DNA of 51,699 nucleotides from a virus (IMGVR_UViG_3300031182_000053:1-51699), one strand, 5' to 3'; positions 19,073 to 28,040 are shown, counted from the stretch's first letter. Notes: generated by a model from the sequence alone, not told the origin. Numbers and translations: made by a program.

Positions 19073-20177
19073 TCTGAAATTTATTGACGACGATCCCAAT
19101 GCAATTATTGACAGCATCATAACCATGCACGAGGCGATTACGGGCCGCACCCTTTACCCAGCGGATCCGGAACGCCTTTTTTTATTGTCGTTGGCTCAAA
19201 TCATCGTACAGCAACGGGTCCTGATTAATTCGACAGCTCGCCAGAACCTTCTTCGTTATGCGGCTGGGGAGGTTTTAGACAACATTGGCGAAATGTACGA
19301 CACAAGCAGGCTGCCTGCCGAGGCTGCGAGGACGACTGTCCAGTTTACCCTATCCATACCGCTTGCATCGGCTCAAATCATTCCGGCTGGAACCAGGATC
19401 GGGCCCCAGGGCGGGGGAGGCGAACTGTTCTTTATGACCGCAGACGTCCTTCAAATCCCCGCTGGTGAGGTTACTGGCAGCATAACTGCTGTGTGTTCGG
19501 TTCCGGGCGAAATTGGCAACAGCTTCATCCCCGGCCAACTCAACACGCTGATAGATCCTCTGCCTTTTGTGCAAAGTGTCGTCAATACGACGACGAGCAC
19601 CGGAGGGGTGGAACAGGAAACGGATGACGCATACCGGCAACGTATTAGATCGGCACCCGAGTCATTCAGCGTAGCGGGGCCAGCCGGCGCCTATGAGTTT
19701 TGGGCTAAATCAGCGAGCAGTTCCATCATCGATGTGGCGGTTGAATCTCCTGCAGCCGTGGAGGTTGTACTGGTCCCTCTCTTGATAGGAGGGGAGATAC
19801 CGTCTCAGGAAATGTTGGATGCTGTATTGGCGGCGGTAACCCAAAAGGAAGTGCGGCCGCTTACTGATAAGGTGACGGCACAGGCACCTGAGGCTGTGCC
19901 TTATAACATCAACCTCACCTATTACATCGACCGTTCGCGGGCTGCTGAGACAACGACAATACAGCAAGCAGTCACGGCAGCTGTGTCCGAATATGCACTT
20001 TGGCAAAAGTCCAAACTTGGCCGAGACATCAATCCCTCGGAACTGATCAAGCGGGTTATGGCTGCAGGTGCTTTAAGGGTACAGGTCACAGAACCGACTT
20101 TTGTGGATCTATCACGGTTTCAAGTCGCTCAAGACGCTACTATTAGCGTGATATTTGGAGGGCTTGAAGATGATTGA
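19065..20177 (+). CDS. Baseplate J
   Basis: NLLRYA, ETDDAYRQR, SVAGPAGAY, RPLTD. Confidence 0.92.
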   Translation: MANLKFIDDDPNAIIDSIITMHEAITGRTLYPADPERLFLLSLAQIIVQQRVLINSTARQNLLRYAAGEVLDNIGEMYDTSRLPAEAARTTVQFTLSIPLASAQIIPAGTRIGPQGGGGELFFMTADVLQIPAGEVTGSITAVCSVPGEIGNSFIPGQLNTLIDPLPFVQSVVNTTTSTGGVEQETDDAYRQRIRSAPESFSVAGPAGAYEFWAKSASSSIIDVAVESPAAVEVVLVPLLIGGEIPSQEMLDAVLAAVTQKEVRPLTDKVTAQAPEAVPYNINLTYYIDRSRAAETTTIQQAVTAAVSEYALWQKSKLGRDINPSELIKRVMAAGALRVQVTEPTFVDLSRFQVAQDATISVIFGGLEDD

Positions 20178-20727
20178 CATCCAGAATGTGCACCTGTTGG
20201 ATTTGTTACCCCCGAACCTGAGGAGTGACCCTGCGCTTTCTGCTGCTGCTCAATCCATACAGGAAGAATTAAGGCAGACAACGGAGGCTATCTCAAAGCT
20301 GTCCATTTTCGACCGGTTGAATACGCTGAACGATGTTGAAGCGGATGAAATGGCCTGGCAGCTGCATGTGGATTTTTACGATGCATCGCTGCCGATCGAT
20401 CAAAAACGAGAATTGGTCAAAAACGCCATTCGGTTTCACCGTCGGAAAGGCACACCCGCAGCTGTTGAGGAACTGATAGCGATCCTATTCGGGACCGGGA
20501 CTGTCGAAGAGTGGTTTGAGTATGGCGGCGAACCGGGTTATTTTCGGGTACGCACTAGCGATCCGTCGGCTACGAACGAGAGGGCTCAAGAGTTTGTACA
20601 GGCTATCGACTCCGTAAAGCGACTCTCAGCGTGGCTTGAGGCAGTCATTCTGGAGGAGACCATCGAGGCGCGTGATATGTACTTTGGCGGTATGTTGCAC
20701 ATCGGTGAGTTTATCACAATAGGGTAG
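20170..20727 (+). CDS. Tail protein I
   Basis: AWQLHVD, HRRKGT, EWFEYGG. Confidence 0.9.
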   Translation: MIDIQNVHLLDLLPPNLRSDPALSAAAQSIQEELRQTTEAISKLSIFDRLNTLNDVEADEMAWQLHVDFYDASLPIDQKRELVKNAIRFHRRKGTPAAVEELIAILFGTGTVEEWFEYGGEPGYFRVRTSDPSATNERAQEFVQAIDSVKRLSAWLEAVILEETIEARDMYFGGMLHIGEFITIG

Positions 20728-22209
20728 GTGATTTTTGTGAGCTCTTGGAGCTATGCATTAACCAATAAGGGGCGTCAGCTACAGGCAAAAGCGCAGACTG
20801 GCGCCCAACTTGTTTATACGAGAATGGCGGTGGGGAGCGGCACGTTGAGTGGGCAATCTCTGGAGAGTATGACAGCGCTGATCGCTCCGGTCAAGGACCT
20901 GACCATCACAAGGCTAAAACGTCCGGCCGGGTCCACGCGGGCGCTCATCGGGGCGACATTGACCAACCAGGACGTTACGACCGGTTTTTACTTACGGGAG
21001 GTTGGTATTTTTGCCGAAGATCCGGACGACGGCGAGATCCTCTATATGTACGCCAACTCTGGAGCCACAGCCGACTATATTACCCCGCAAGGAGATGGGG
21101 TGATTGAGAAGGCGCTGAATATGAACGTCTTTGTTGGATCCGCGGCAAACATCACAGCCAACATCGATGAATCCCTAGCATACGCCACCCAGCAGGATTT
21201 GGCGGATGCTATTGCCGGAATACAGATCAACGAGGCCACCACGACACAAAAAGGTATCGTCCAGCTCTCCAATGCCACCAACAGCACCGCCGAGGATCGT
21301 GCGGCGACGCCTAAGGCCGTCAAATCGGCTTATGATGCAGCTGTAGCGGCGCAAACGACGGCAAATGCAGCGAATGAGGCAGCGTCACAGGCTTTTCAGC
21401 TTGGCAATGAGCGTAAGCAAGAGGTGGTGGACATACTCATTGCCAAAGGCATATCAGCGTCCACTAGTGAGAGTTGGGAATCACTTCTGTCTAAAATGAC
21501 GGGGATCATCAAGGCCACCGGTAACGCAACTGCTGCTGATGTGCTGGCTGGCAAGACGTTTAGTAATGCAACGGGTAATGGCTTGCAGGGGACAATGCCA
21601 AACCGAGGCGCCGGAGGTACAGTTACACCGGGCACGACCAATCAAACCAAGGCAGCAGGGTATTACAGTAGCTCTATTACGGTGCTGGGGGATGCTGATT
21701 TGGTGCCGGGGAATATCAGGCGTGGGGTTGACGTATTTGGGGTAAAGGGGGAAATTTATCCAGGGGAATTGATGAGCATAAAAATTAATCATACTAGGGC
21801 AGGGGTTCCAGGGGAAAGAATTTTTATAGACCTAATAACGCTACCCGGAAATCTAAGATTTTTTAATACAGCCAAAGGTGATAGTGATTACCCTATGTTT
21901 TGGAATTCATCTAATAGATCAACAGCATATATGCAACCGGAATTTTTGGATTCTAGTGGGCTGAGATGGAGACCGTTTTATTCGGCATTAAACAACGAAA
22001 ATCTTACAAACATCACTTATTTTCAAGTGGATATAGAAAGTCGCACATTCTTTTGGAGAGATAAATCGGGTATGGGAAGAACGATGGTTGCAGAGAGTTT
22101 GCCCGAGTCTTTTGATTTTACAAAACCCTTCAAACTAAGATGGTATTTTTATACGGACGGCGCTACTAATTATACTTATGGTTTTGACGGGAAAATACTG
22201 TGCGTTTAG
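20728..22209 (+). CDS. Tail fibre
   Basis: N-terminal LTNKG...REVGIFA collar domain, ATTTQKGIVQLS fibre repeat, AT-rich C-terminal domain. Confidence 0.88.
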   Translation: MIFVSSWSYALTNKGRQLQAKAQTGAQLVYTRMAVGSGTLSGQSLESMTALIAPVKDLTITRLKRPAGSTRALIGATLTNQDVTTGFYLREVGIFAEDPDDGEILYMYANSGATADYITPQGDGVIEKALNMNVFVGSAANITANIDESLAYATQQDLADAIAGIQINEATTTQKGIVQLSNATNSTAEDRAATPKAVKSAYDAAVAAQTTANAANEAASQAFQLGNERKQEVVDILIAKGISASTSESWESLLSKMTGIIKATGNATAADVLAGKTFSNATGNGLQGTMPNRGAGGTVTPGTTNQTKAAGYYSSSITVLGDADLVPGNIRRGVDVFGVKGEIYPGELMSIKINHTRAGVPGERIFIDLITLPGNLRFFNTAKGDSDYPMFWNSSNRSTAYMQPEFLDSSGLRWRPFYSALNNENLTNITYFQVDIESRTFFWRDKSGMGRTMVAESLPESFDFTKPFKLRWYFYTDGATNYTYGFDGKILCV

Positions 22210-22240
22210 ATTGATAACCATTAACCGAGAGGTGTTGACA

Positions 22241-22555
22241 ATGATTAGAATGTTCAAATCCAAAGATTTTGTTGAAGCCATTGAGCTTAAAGATTTCTCC
22301 ACTATTCAAGGCATTATCCAACTGACGGGCATGGAGGCAACCATTAAGTTAACGGATGTGGGCACTCTGCAATCAGTCACTCTCAAGAGGAATGACAAAG
22401 TTGTCGTAGCAGTGCCCGGCCAGTACGTTTATAAAAACAACACTGGGACGGTGGCGGTTTGTACCTACGAATATCTAGCCGAAAACTATGAAGAAGTCAC
22501 CGAACAACCGGAAGAAGAAACCAATCAAACCGAGCAAACCACAGAAGCGCCGTAG
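22241..22555 (+). CDS. Hypothetical protein after the fibre (possible chaperone)
   Basis: RBS GAGGTG; position. Confidence 0.65.
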   Translation: MIRMFKSKDFVEAIELKDFSTIQGIIQLTGMEATIKLTDVGTLQSVTLKRNDKVVVAVPGQYVYKNNTGTVAVCTYEYLAENYEEVTEQPEEETNQTEQTTEAP

Positions 22556-22615
22556 GGCGTATTTTTTATACCTTTGGAGGCGATCCAAGGGAGACATTAA
22601 GAAGAGGGTGGACTT

Positions 22616-22915
22616 ATGGATCTTACGGTGATTACAGCAATCATATCAGCCGCAGCCGCGCTTAGTGGCATTGTACTGGGGTGGGCGGGCCGGGCCAGAT
22701 CGGTGCGGCAAGATGTTGTGCAGGAGTCGACGGCTGATGCACTCCAGCGGGCAGATGTGGAATACATTAAGCGCGGAGTGGACGACATGAAGGTCGAACA
22801 AAAACTGCAAGGACAACGTTTTGAAGCGATCTCCGAGCGGCTAACCCGCGTCGAGGAATCGGCAAAACAGGCTCATAAGCGGATCGACCGCTTAGAAGAA
22901 GATGGGAGGGGCTAA
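22616..22915 (+). CDS. Holin/XhlA-like lysis protein
   Basis: N-terminal TM segment; RLTRVEESAKQAHKRID coiled coil. Confidence 0.75.
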   Translation: MDLTVITAIISAAAALSGIVLGWAGRARSVRQDVVQESTADALQRADVEYIKRGVDDMKVEQKLQGQRFEAISERLTRVEESAKQAHKRIDRLEEDGRG

Positions 22916-22917
22916 CC

Positions 22918-23829
22918 TTGGACAAAACTAAATATCCAATCGAGCGCCGGTACATTACCAAGCGCTCAAACACGCGGCCAGGCACCCGACTCAAGACGGG
23001 AAGTCCGGCCTTTTTTGTTGCACATGACACGGGCAATCCCGGGGCGACAGCGGACAACCATTACAACTACTTTAACAACCTGACCGATCGCTCGGCATCG
23101 GCCCACGTATTCATTGACGATACCAAGATCTTGGAGATTATCCCGACGGGCACCGGGGCGGAACCGGCGGAGAAAGCCTGGCACGTCCTCTACAACGTGA
23201 CGACGGACAACGATCGGTTTGGCTATGATGCAAACGACGCGGCGCTTGGTGTGGAGCTGTGTTACGGCGGCCGGATTACATTTTCGGAGGCGTACAAGCG
23301 GTTTGTCTGGTATCTTGCCTACTGCTGCGAGAAGTGGGGCAAGAATCCATCGACGCACATCGCCAGTCATAAGCAGCTGGACCCGGCCCGCAAACAGGAT
23401 TGTGAGCAGGCTTTAGCGGTCGGCGGAAAGACCCTCAAAGATCTGATCAATGACGTCGCCGCAGAGCTGGCTGCGCCGGTCACTCCGCCGGACTTTGTCC
23501 CGCTGCCGGCCGGGATCGCCCAGGCATTGATCGACAATTACGTCTCCCCAGCATGGTTTGCCTCGCAAAAGGCCGGGGACGAGATTGGTAAGACTCACTT
23601 CCACAACTTGGCCAACAACCTCAGGCTGGCAGCTGGAATCCCGCTGACACCCGGGACGGCCGCCGCGCCGCTTGTAAAGCTGCCAAAAAGTAATGCCCAG
23701 GAGATCATCATCCGCTGGCTCTCCCCGGCATGGTTTAAGGCGCGGGACGAGGGGAACAAGGAACGGGCGCAGCACTTTAATAATCTGGCGAATTACCTGC
23801 GGCGAGCCGCGGGGATTCCGGTCGAATAA
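22918..23829 (+). CDS. Endolysin, Amidase_2 family, with two C-terminal repeats
   Basis: HDTGN, SAHVFID, AWH, GVELC, SH...DC. Confidence 0.9.
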   Translation: MDKTKYPIERRYITKRSNTRPGTRLKTGSPAFFVAHDTGNPGATADNHYNYFNNLTDRSASAHVFIDDTKILEIIPTGTGAEPAEKAWHVLYNVTTDNDRFGYDANDAALGVELCYGGRITFSEAYKRFVWYLAYCCEKWGKNPSTHIASHKQLDPARKQDCEQALAVGGKTLKDLINDVAAELAAPVTPPDFVPLPAGIAQALIDNYVSPAWFASQKAGDEIGKTHFHNLANNLRLAAGIPLTPGTAAAPLVKLPKSNAQEIIIRWLSPAWFKARDEGNKERAQHFNNLANYLRRAAGIPVE

Positions 23830-23845
23830 GAGAGGAGAATGAATC

Positions 23846-24118
23846 ATGGAAGTATTGAATAATGTTATGGCCTTTGCCTCGGTGCTGGCCGTGTTTGTGT
23901 TGGCATTGGTGCAACTGGTGAAAACGACCGTCAACCTGCCGAAAAACATCGTCCCGCTGATCGGGGTGGTGATCGGCATCTTGGTAGGTGCCGCCGCATC
24001 CCCGTTCACGGACTTGGATCTGGTGCTGCGGTTATGGGCCGGCGGGCTGGCTGGGTTGTCGGCTACCGGGTTGTTTGAGCTAGGATTGAATAAGAGGGAA
24101 GGCAATACCAAGGAGTGA
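23846..24118 (+). CDS. Holin
   Basis: Three TM segments; AGLSATGLFE. Confidence 0.88.
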   Translation: MEVLNNVMAFASVLAVFVLALVQLVKTTVNLPKNIVPLIGVVIGILVGAAASPFTDLDLVLRLWAGGLAGLSATGLFELGLNKREGNTKE

Positions 24119-24125
24119 ACGACAA

Positions 24126-24168
24126 AGAGGCCCAGCTGGCGGAATGCCTGGCTGGGTCTTTTTTATTT
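24126..24168 (+). terminator. Terminator ending the late operon
   Basis: GGCCCAGC...GCTGGGTC followed by T-tract. Confidence 0.7.
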
Positions 24169-24230
24169 TCTATTTTCGTCTGCAAAATATGGTAAAATTT
24201 CGGTATAAACTAGCGAAGGGAGTCGTCGAA

Positions 24231-24443
24231 ATGGCACTGCTGAATCGCTCAAACCGCTTCATGCGCCCGCTAACCTCGGACATCCAGCTTTATACCGCGC
24301 AGATGAACCGGACGCCCATTGCCGTCTTCATCGCGGATGTACTCGTTGGCAGCGGAAGGATCACGGAGATTACGGAGAACTGCGTTAAGATCGGCGATGA
24401 GCGGTATCTTCGCGCGGTATGTACTTTTAAATATGTAGGCTAA
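24231..24443 (+). CDS. Small hypothetical protein
   Basis: RBS AAGGGAG; TGGTAAAAT extended -10 upstream. Confidence 0.7.
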   Translation: MALLNRSNRFMRPLTSDIQLYTAQMNRTPIAVFIADVLVGSGRITEITENCVKIGDERYLRAVCTFKYVG

Positions 24444-24455
24444 TAAGGAGGAAAA

Positions 24456-25229
24456 ATGGGGTACTCAGCAAAATGGTTGAACATTCTGAATATTGTTTAT
24501 GAATTTTCTTCATCGAGAGGAATAGTATTTTTTCGTGGTCACTCAGTTGATTCTTATGAATTACGATCTGGCTTATTTAGGGAACCATTTAAAACGCTCA
24601 ATGATTTTCTAATTTCAGAAAGCGCAAAGTATACACATTTTCGCACACTCGGAAATTTAGAACATTCATCCAGCGGATGGGACTTATTATACATTATGCA
24701 ACATCACGGAGTCCGCACCAGACTTTTAGATTGGACGGAGTCATTTTCTACAGCGTTATTTTTTGCGTTTAAGGATTGGAATCCATCGAAAAATTCCGCG
24801 TGTATATGGATGCTTGATCCTGGTGCATTAAATAAGAAATCTACTAATATATCGTCCTTTATTTTTCCTGAAGAAGTATTTGGTGACTATGCAGCATATA
24901 TTAACGGAACAAAAGTGTTTCCTGGATCTTCTACTGCCTTGTATCCAGGGAAAAATAGTAAACGTATGGTGGCTCAACAAGGAGCTTTTACTCTACAGGG
25001 AAATACTGCATTACCTTTGGAAAAAGAATTTGGCGGTTCTCTTGTTACTGAAGGTTCTCTAATCAAAATAACGCTCGATAGCAGTTTGGTAGTAGATATA
25101 CAAACATATTTGAGAATGTCGGGTGTTAATTATTACTCTCTTTTTCCGGATCTTGATGGGCTTGCTAGACATGTTAATGATCCGTTGATGCATTTACCAC
25201 TAACGCAATTATCTGGTTACTATAATTAA
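24456..25229 (+). CDS. FRG domain protein
   Basis: FFRGH, QHHGVRTRLLDWTES, RMVAQQGAF, SLFPDLDG; AT-rich. Confidence 0.9.
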   Translation: MGYSAKWLNILNIVYEFSSSRGIVFFRGHSVDSYELRSGLFREPFKTLNDFLISESAKYTHFRTLGNLEHSSSGWDLLYIMQHHGVRTRLLDWTESFSTALFFAFKDWNPSKNSACIWMLDPGALNKKSTNISSFIFPEEVFGDYAAYINGTKVFPGSSTALYPGKNSKRMVAQQGAFTLQGNTALPLEKEFGGSLVTEGSLIKITLDSSLVVDIQTYLRMSGVNYYSLFPDLDGLARHVNDPLMHLPLTQLSGYYN

Positions 25230-26086
25230 ACGATATACCTCCTAAAAACTGGACTCCGCAGAATCTCCGCGCGAGTCCAGTTTCGCATTTTCACCCGCGC
25301 TCTTATCCGCGGCTCCACGAAAACAAAGTCGCGATCCTCCCCGGTAACCAGTTGCTGAGCAACTCCATAAAACGCCTTCCGCTCTGTTGGACCGGCTCCA
25401 AGTTCGATTATACCAGCCGGCAGAACTCTCCCGCGCTCGTCAGCTATGCCAGCGAGCCAACCAAACTCCTTTTTGCGGTACCCTGTGATATACACGTCAG
25501 CATGCGTCCAGTTGATAATTTTGCGCCAGCTATCCGACCGGCGGCCGGTTTCATAAATGCTGTCCATCCGCTTACCGACAACACCCTCCATGCCACGAGC
25601 CTTGATTTGATCAAAAAGCGCCTCTCCTGCCCCGACGATGTGCGGCACGATGCCAAAGTTAGGGCTCGGCAGTGCCAAGCTCGCGAGGATCTCTTTACGC
25701 TCCGTGAGTGGCAGCCGGCGGAGGTCCTGGCCCCGGTACATTAAGATATCAAAGATTGCATAATAGGCCGGAAGCTCCGCTGTAAGCCGCTTGACCTTAT
25801 CAGCTCGCTTTGCTTGAAACCGTGTCATTACCGCCTCAAAATCAGATACCCCAGTCGCAGGATCGACGCAAGCGACTTCACCGTCTAAGATCACGTCATT
25901 TTCAAACGGTAGCTGCAGCTCCGGATATTGCCGGGTGCAGTCGTTATTGTGGCGTGTGTACAGGCGGATCACGCCGTCTTGCTGCGAGAATATCAAGCGG
26001 TGTCCGTCTATTTTAGGTTCAAATATATAGCGCGGATCAGAGAAAGGACCTGGCGCTGTCGCGAGCAGCATAGGATCACTAAACAT
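25226..26086 (-). CDS. ATP-dependent DNA ligase (minimal LigC/LigD-ligase type)
   Basis: EPKIDG (motif I), LDGE (III), FDIL (IIIa), EGVVGK (IV), WRK (V). Confidence 0.92.
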   Translation of the reverse strand: MFSDPMLLATAPGPFSDPRYIFEPKIDGHRLIFSQQDGVIRLYTRHNNDCTRQYPELQLPFENDVILDGEVACVDPATGVSDFEAVMTRFQAKRADKVKRLTAELPAYYAIFDILMYRGQDLRRLPLTERKEILASLALPSPNFGIVPHIVGAGEALFDQIKARGMEGVVGKRMDSIYETGRRSDSWRKIINWTHADVYITGYRKKEFGWLAGIADERGRVLPAGIIELGAGPTERKAFYGVAQQLVTGEDRDFVFVEPRIRARVKMRNWTRAEILRSPVFRRYIV

Positions 26087-26150
26087 AAAAACACCTCTCT
26101 ATCGATTATAGCTTTAAGCTTATCGTTAGAGAGGCGGTAAGTTGTGGAAC

Positions 26151-26405
26151 CTATCTCATTTCCTGAACCCATACCATGCCTTCAAAGCTATCGAAACCTC
26201 CAGCATCAAGAATACACTGTAATGCTGTGCGGCGTCCTACCGGCATATATGGTTTTCCATGATCACAGGCGAAACCGACATATCCTAGTGTCGGATGTTT
26301 TAGCGTGTAGTAACCATCCGGCTGTATATATCCTCCTGGGACTAGGAAGCGTTGCCCATTCAACCGTATAATCTCCAGCGCAGCGTTGATTTCTTGGATG
26401 GTCAT
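26151..26405 (-). CDS. Hypothetical protein
   Basis: RBS AAAGGA; 84 aa. Confidence 0.7.
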   Translation of the reverse strand: MTIQEINAALEIIRLNGQRFLVPGGYIQPDGYYTLKHPTLGYVGFACDHGKPYMPVGRRTALQCILDAGGFDSFEGMVWVQEMR

Positions 26406-26531
26406 GTTATCAAATCCTTTCGTTTTGGTTTATTTGGTCGTGGTCTTGGCCTCTGTCTCGCTCGCCGGTTTCCCGGGTCATGGCACCGTGGCTCGCACAT
26501 TTATTGGAGAAAGGGGCCGCAGCCCCTTAAA

Positions 26532-26678
26532 TTACAGTTTGAGGATGAGTTGACGGAGTTTATCGTGTTTGATGTTCTTTGCGATGCTCTCTTTGTAGGC
26601 TTGAATGTGCTGTTCATTCGCCCCGCGAGCTACGCGTTTTGCAATCACTCTTTTAATCGCCTCAATTTGATGGTTCAT
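26532..26678 (-). CDS. Small basic hypothetical protein (48 aa)
   Basis: RBS GGAGGT; MNHQIEAIKRVIAKRVARG... Confidence 0.7.
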   Translation of the reverse strand: MNHQIEAIKRVIAKRVARGANEQHIQAYKESIAKNIKHDKLRQLILKL

Positions 26679-26701
26679 TTTATTACCTCCGTTATTAAAA
26701 A

Positions 26702-26795
26702 TATCTACTTCCTGATAATAATTTATCACATGTTGATATAAAAAGTCAACAAAAATTATTAACTAGTTGATACTTTTTTGTTCTTAGTGTATAGT
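26702..26795. promoter_or_regulatory. Divergent promoters with three TATCAAC-N2-GTTGATA-like operators (copy 1)
   Basis: Sites at 26702-17, 26723-38 and 26757-72. Leftward TTGACT...TGaTAAATT; rightward TTGATA-N17-TATAGT. Confidence 0.75.
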
Positions 26796-26816
26796 TGTTG
26801 TCAGGAGGTGTATGGA

Positions 26817-27026
26817 ATGATCGTTAATCACCTTAGTGAGATCATGGGGCGCAAGCGCCTGAAAATAGCTGATGTAGTAGCTGGAACCGGATTGGCAATC
26901 AATACAGTCTCCGGATTGTATCATGATAAGGTCAAACGAGTGGACTTAGAGACGCTTGATAAACTGTGTGACTTTTTGGAGGTCGGGATCGGTGATATCC
27001 TGGAGCATGTAAAGGAGGGGGCCTGA
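26817..27026 (+). CDS. Cro/C1-type HTH regulator
   Basis: LSEIMGRKRLKIADV...VDLETLDKLCDFLEVGIGDIL; RBS AGGAGGTG. Confidence 0.9.
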   Translation: MIVNHLSEIMGRKRLKIADVVAGTGLAINTVSGLYHDKVKRVDLETLDKLCDFLEVGIGDILEHVKEGA

Positions 27027-27169
27027 TGCGTGAAATCGAGTATAAGGCCCACGGCAATTTACTGATCCCATTTGTATATGTCGATTTGGATAGCTTGATG
27101 GATAATTATGACTGGTTTATGATTGGGTTTAAGCAAGTGCGACGAAAGCAAAAGAAAAGAGGAGCCTAA
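27026..27169 (+). CDS. 47-aa hypothetical protein coupled to the HTH gene
   Basis: TGATG overlap; RBS AGGAGGGG. Confidence 0.5.
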   Translation: MREIEYKAHGNLLIPFVYVDLDSLMDNYDWFMIGFKQVRRKQKKRGA

Positions 27170-27185
27170 TTGCTCGGCTCCTCTT
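27157..27185. terminator. Hairpin between convergent genes
   Basis: AAGAGGAGCC...GGCTCCTCTT. Confidence 0.7.
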
Positions 27186-27191
27186 CCGCGC

Positions 27192-27404
27192 TTACTTGCT
27201 GTTGCGCTTGCCTTTCATCCGGAGGTACAGGTCGTATGCCCGTTCCTCGCCAAGCGTGAGGCGATACCGCTCAAGTATTCCCTCTTCACGCTTTTTGAAC
27301 TCCTCTTTCGTGATACGTCCCAGCCCCCACTGGTGACGCGCTACACGAAGGAGGTGTTCGCGTTTTTGGAGCTTTTCAAAAGCTTCCATAAGTTTCTTTT
27401 CCAT
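27192..27404 (-). CDS. Small charged hypothetical protein (70 aa)
   Basis: RBS AAGGAGGTGA. Confidence 0.75.
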   Translation of the reverse strand: MEKKLMEAFEKLQKREHLLRVARHQWGLGRITKEEFKKREEGILERYRLTLGEERAYDLYLRMKGKRNSK

Positions 27405-27435
27405 GTTGTTTCTCACCTCCTTAGGAAGTCTTTTC

Positions 27436-27513
27436 TATCAACTTCCTGATATAAATATAGCACATGTTAATATAAGAAGTCAACAAAAAATATCAATTAG
27501 TTGATATTTTTGT
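27436..27513 (-). promoter_or_regulatory. Duplicated promoter with three operators (copy 2)
   Basis: Sites at 27436-51, 27457-72 and 27491-506, same spacing as copy 1; TTGACT...TGcTATATT. Confidence 0.75.
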
Positions 27514-27560
27514 ATATCATGTTTGCATAAAGTCCATCAGGATACATCTCCGGGTGGGCT

Positions 27561-27604
27561 TTTACTTTTTCGTTTTCTCAGCGTATAATACAAACAAACG
27601 TTCG
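27561..27604 (+). promoter_or_regulatory. sigmaA promoter with LexA (Cheo) box
   Basis: TTTACT-N17-TATAAT followed by CAAACAAACGTTCG (27591-27604). Confidence 0.7.
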
Positions 27605-27622
27605 TAAAAATGGGGTGATCAA

Positions 27623-27913
27623 ATGTTGAACGATTTGGAGCGTAAACTGCTCCGGGTCTTGTTTAATTTCTCAAAGCAAACGCACCGGATGCCGACGCTT
27701 AAAGAACTTGAGATAAAAACGGGTAGGAGCAAGCAAGACATTTACGCGGGGCTGCGTGTCCTAGTAGAGCAGAGATACATCTTTTGGCCGGATAATCCGC
27801 GTTTGGACACGATCGTTATCCTTGAGGCATGGGATAGGGACCAACCACAACAGCATCCTAAAATCACGACCACAACAACCGGCAGCAATATCGATTACTG
27901 GACTAAGTATTAA
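27623..27913 (+). CDS. Winged-HTH protein resembling the LexA DNA-binding domain
   Basis: RMPTLKELEIKTGRS...LRVLVEQRYI. Confidence 0.75.
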   Translation: MLNDLERKLLRVLFNFSKQTHRMPTLKELEIKTGRSKQDIYAGLRVLVEQRYIFWPDNPRLDTIVILEAWDRDQPQQHPKITTTTTGSNIDYWTKY

Positions 27914-28040
27914 ACAGGTAATGGATTAAGAGTGGCATAACTTAACCCGGGTAACTCCGGGATTTTTTTATTGATTTAGATTATACTTTTCAAACTCTAA
28001 AACCTATGATACAATTTGAATAAGATAATCTAAATCAAAG

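Noticed and set aside
20728-22555. Diversity-generating retroelement or invertible fibre cassette
   Set aside because: No reverse transcriptase, template repeat, invertase or flanking inverted repeats.
3208-24111. Many antisense and alternate-frame ORFs over structural genes
   Set aside because: Shadows of well-supported plus-strand genes.
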